Assembly (NCBI GenBank): GCA_050633305.1
Contig: JBOEGF010000032.1
Span: 128,001-192,000 of the forward strand
Length of the DNA stretch: 64,000 bases
Reading direction: 5' to 3'
From: Nannocystales bacterium
GTDB taxonomy: Bacteria > Myxococcota_A > Polyangia > Nannocystales > Nannocystaceae
How positions within the stretch are numbered: position 1 is the stretch's first letter; each line of letters opens with the position of its first letter. This document shows, one piece after another, positions 61,340 through 64,000 of this stretch. Under the pieces are notes generated by a model. The model saw nothing but the letters and a program-made list of their open reading frames with translations, did not search any database and was not told the origin of the DNA. A program made the translations under genes and the position numbers.

Positions 61340-64000
61340 TCACCGGTCCAACACATCCCGGGTCGAGACCTCGACGAGGGGTCCGTAGGATCGAAGCCGG
61401 TCCCGTTTCACCTTGCGCGGGTCGCCCACCACGATGATCGAGACCGGCCGCCCTTGCACGTGGCGCGCGTAGAAGCGCTCGATGTCTGCAAAGCCCAACT
61501 CCGCATACGCGGCGAGTCGGTCGGGTCTGGGGTCGGCGGAGTAGCCCCGCTGCCGCCACAGAGCCACCGTCTGCGCGCGCTCGCGAAACCCGGGGCTCGA
61601 GGTCTCGAGTCCTCGGGACAGCGATGCTCTCACGACGCTCATCCGATCCTCGTACCGCGGCATCTCCCGAATCAGCCCCAGCATCACGTCCAGCGCATCG
61701 AACGTCTTGTCGGCCTGGCAGCCCACGTAGCCTTGCAGCACCCCCGCCCCGTTTGGCTCTTCATCTCGGCCGAGCCTAGCGGCGGCGCTGTAGGCCAGCG
61801 CCCGGAACTCCCGAATCTCCTGGAACACCAAGCCCGCCATCGACCCGCCGAAATACTCGGCAAACGCATCCGCAGCGGCCGCCTCGGCGGGCGTGATGGC
61901 GTCTCCCTCGACCACAAACCACAGGTGGGTTTGCACGGCATCGCGTCGCGGGAGGAAGTAGACGGTCGTCTTTTCAGCGTGACGACGGGGCAGCACGACC
62001 GCATCTACAGCGGTGGCCGGCCCCGTCCGGAACGCGAGGTTGCTACGCACCGAAGCGGTCACCTCTTGCAAGCTCGCAGGCCCCGCATACCGCACGGTCG
62101 CCGCATACCGTTGCGCAGCGACCCAGTGCGCCAGCAGATCCTCGGGAGAGAACCGCCGAGCACCCGCAGGCCCGTAGTCGCGATAGGCCTCAGAGAGATC
62201 GCCGTACAGGACGTGGTCTCGCAACGCCTCACTGAGCGCTCTGGGGTCCCGATGCGTCAGCCGCCGGAAGCCCCAACGCTCGCGACGGACCTTTCGCCAG
62301 ATGCCCGCATCCGGCTTGGAGGAAACCAGCACCTCCGAGAGCAAGCCCAAGGCTTCCTGCAGATGGGCTTGCGGGCCGTCGAGGCGGACGATGAACGTAT
62401 CGAGTTCCGACTCGATGGTGAGCGTCGTGTCGATGCCGGCCCATGCCTCTTGAAGGTCTTGCGCGGAGCGTCGGTACGTCCCCAGTCGCGGAACGAGCTC
62501 GGCGACCAGCGGCAGCGGTCGCATCCGGAGGTGGCCCACCCCGAAGCGGACCTCCAGCGAGAACAGATCGTTGAACGGGTTATCGACCGCCTCGACCGTG
62601 AGTCCACCGTCCACCGACGCCCGAGGAACGTCGGCCGAGAAGTCGATCGCCGCCAGCCGCGGCGGCTCGGAGGGGCGCGAGGTCAACCGCCGATAGAACT
62701 CCGAGTGAGCGCCAGGTGTGGCTTGGACGGGCGCGACGTCGGGCTTGTCGAGCCGGACCTTCTTGGGGAAGCCCATCCGGGAGCGAACCCGCAGCCGTCG
62801 TTCTCCGAAAAGCTCCCCGGCGACGCGAACGACATCCGGCTTCGTCAGGCGGCGCAGCGCGGCCAAGTAGTCGACGTGTCCCTGCCAGCCACGATCGCCG
62901 TGGGCCACAAACGCGTGCCCGATCGCCAGTGCCCGTTCCTCATTGCTCTCGAGTCGCCGCGCCTCATCGTTGAGCAGGCCCGCCTTGATGCCTTGAAACG
63001 TGGACTCGTCGAACTCTCCCGCCGCCACCGCCTCAAACGGGGCGGTGGCGACACGCTCCGCGCCCCGGAACGACTGCGTGACGATACGGGGCACGTAGAT
63101 GACCGCGTCCAAGTTGTGGTCCGCAAAGTCGGCCGGAAGGTGCACGGCGTACAGGAGTTTCCCCCCGTCCGAGGCTCGGTCGACGAGCCCACTGCGCTGT
63201 GGGTTGGACAGCAGCTGACGGATCACCGCGAGGGCAGCGAAGTCCGGATGACGTTCGGGGAGCGTCCGGTACGCGACGACGCCCGCACGGATCGGTGTGG
63301 CGCGCATCGAGAGTTTCTCGTTCGGCTCGAAGGGGTTGACCACACCCGGTGTCGGAGGCGGCTCGGCGCCACGCTCCCAGGACCCGAAGGTGCGGCGGGC
63401 GACCGCGAGTACAGCGTCGGTCTCAAAGTCTCCGCTGAGGACCAACGCCATGTTCTGCGGCACGTAGTACGTCTCGAAGTACGCTCGCATCGCGGACAAC
63501 GACGGCCGTTTGAGGTGTTCGATCTCGCCGAGAATGTCCGTCCCCCCGTACGGATGCTCGGGGAAGACGGCACGCAAGGCCTTGCGGAACCCGGCATACC
63601 CGGTCGTATCGAGCGCGATGTTTTTCTCTTCGTAGACGGCTTCGAGTTCGCTGGGGAACAGGCGAAACACGGGGTCGTCAAAGCGGTGCGCGTAGATCTC
63701 CAGCCACGGCTCCACTTGCGACGCGGGGAACGTGTTGTGATAGACGGTCTCGTCGTAGGACGTGAACGCGTTGACACCACGGCCACCGAGCAGACGCAGC
63801 ATCTGATCGAGCTCATTGGGCACGACATACGGGTACGTCTTGCGAACCTCGTCCTGAATCTGGGTCTGAATCCCCGCGCGGGCACTGTCGTCGGCTTGAC
63901 CAAGTTGGTCGTACAACGCCTCGATACGAGCCTGGTGGGGTTGCTCTGCCGCCCAATCCGTCGTCCCGAGTGCGGTCGTGCCCTTGAACAGCATGTGCTC
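61340..64000 (-). CDS. M16 family (insulinase/pitrilysin) zinc peptidase, N-terminus off the right edge
   Basis: The window ends in EHMLFKGT (end of HxxEH). NAFTSYDETVY, ELEAVYEE, YYVPQNMALVLSGD, C-terminal IREFRALAYS. Confidence 0.93.
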   Translation of the reverse strand, partial: EHMLFKGTTALGTTDWAAEQPHQARIEALYDQLGQADDSARAGIQTQIQDEVRKTYPYVVPNELDQMLRLLGGRGVNAFTSYDETVYHNTFPASQVEPWLEIYAHRFDDPVFRLFPSELEAVYEEKNIALDTTGYAGFRKALRAVFPEHPYGGTDILGEIEHLKRPSLSAMRAYFETYYVPQNMALVLSGDFETDAVLAVARRTFGSWERGAEPPPTPGVVNPFEPNEKLSMRATPIRAGVVAYRTLPERHPDFAALAVIRQLLSNPQRSGLVDRASDGGKLLYAVHLPADFADHNLDAVIYVPRIVTQSFRGAERVATAPFEAVAAGEFDESTFQGIKAGLLNDEARRLESNEERALAIGHAFVAHGDRGWQGHVDYLAALRRLTKPDVVRVAGELFGERRLRVRSRMGFPKKVRLDKPDVAPVQATPGAHSEFYRRLTSRPSEPPRLAAIDFSADVPRASVDGGLTVEAVDNPFNDLFSLEVRFGVGHLRMRPLPLVAELVPRLGTYRRSAQDLQEAWAGIDTTLTIESELDTFIVRLDGPQAHLQEALGLLSEVLVSSKPDAGIWRKVRRERWGFRRLTHRDPRALSEALRDHVLYGDLSEAYRDYGPAGARRFSPEDLLAHWVAAQRYAATVRYAGPASLQEVTASVRSNLAFRTGPATAVDAVVLPRRHAEKTTVYFLPRRDAVQTHLWFVVEGDAITPAEAAAADAFAEYFGGSMAGLVFQEIREFRALAYSAAARLGRDEEPNGAGVLQGYVGCQADKTFDALDVMLGLIREMPRYEDRMSVVRASLSRGLETSSPGFRERAQTVALWRQRGYSADPRPDRLAAYAELGFADIERFYARHVQGRPVSIIVVGDPRKVKRDRLRSYGPLVEVSTRDVLDR

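Overview
A GC-rich, gene-dense chromosomal segment that looks myxobacterial, most likely Nannocystaceae-like. This is inferred from a MYXO-CTERM sorting signal, many lipoproteins with Ser/Thr/Gly/Asp-rich stalks, Ser/Thr kinase-TPR plus ECF sigma pairs and a DUF1592/DUF1552 pair. Recognisable housekeeping genes: hemA (partial) with an upstream CcsA/HemX-like gene, lon, a split mnmC (mnmD plus FAD oxidoreductase), an M16 peptidase (partial) and a three-tRNA cluster. Other content: a PAS/GAF histidine kinase with an HTH-REC-pseudoREC regulator, a DUF2760-Hsp70-Hsp70 operon, LysR, WYL and ECF regulators, a P450, a sulfotransferase and several large secreted or surface proteins. I see no CRISPR array, rRNA, integrase or intact IS. 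The most unusual signals are: (1) a tRNA-Glu-like gene with a 9-nt anticodon loop and weak EF-Tu-binding T-stem pairs beside a normal tRNA-Glu, either a candidate non-ribosomal Glu-tRNA or an assembly error; (2) two paralogous ECF sigma modules, one paired with an intact kinase and one with a pseudokinase; (3) an apparently inactivated RAYT-like protein; (4) a recurring extended -10 element about 6 nt before start codons, suggesting leaderless mRNAs. All family assignments come from motif recognition by eye; no database searches were run. Several start codons were re-chosen relative to the ORF track.
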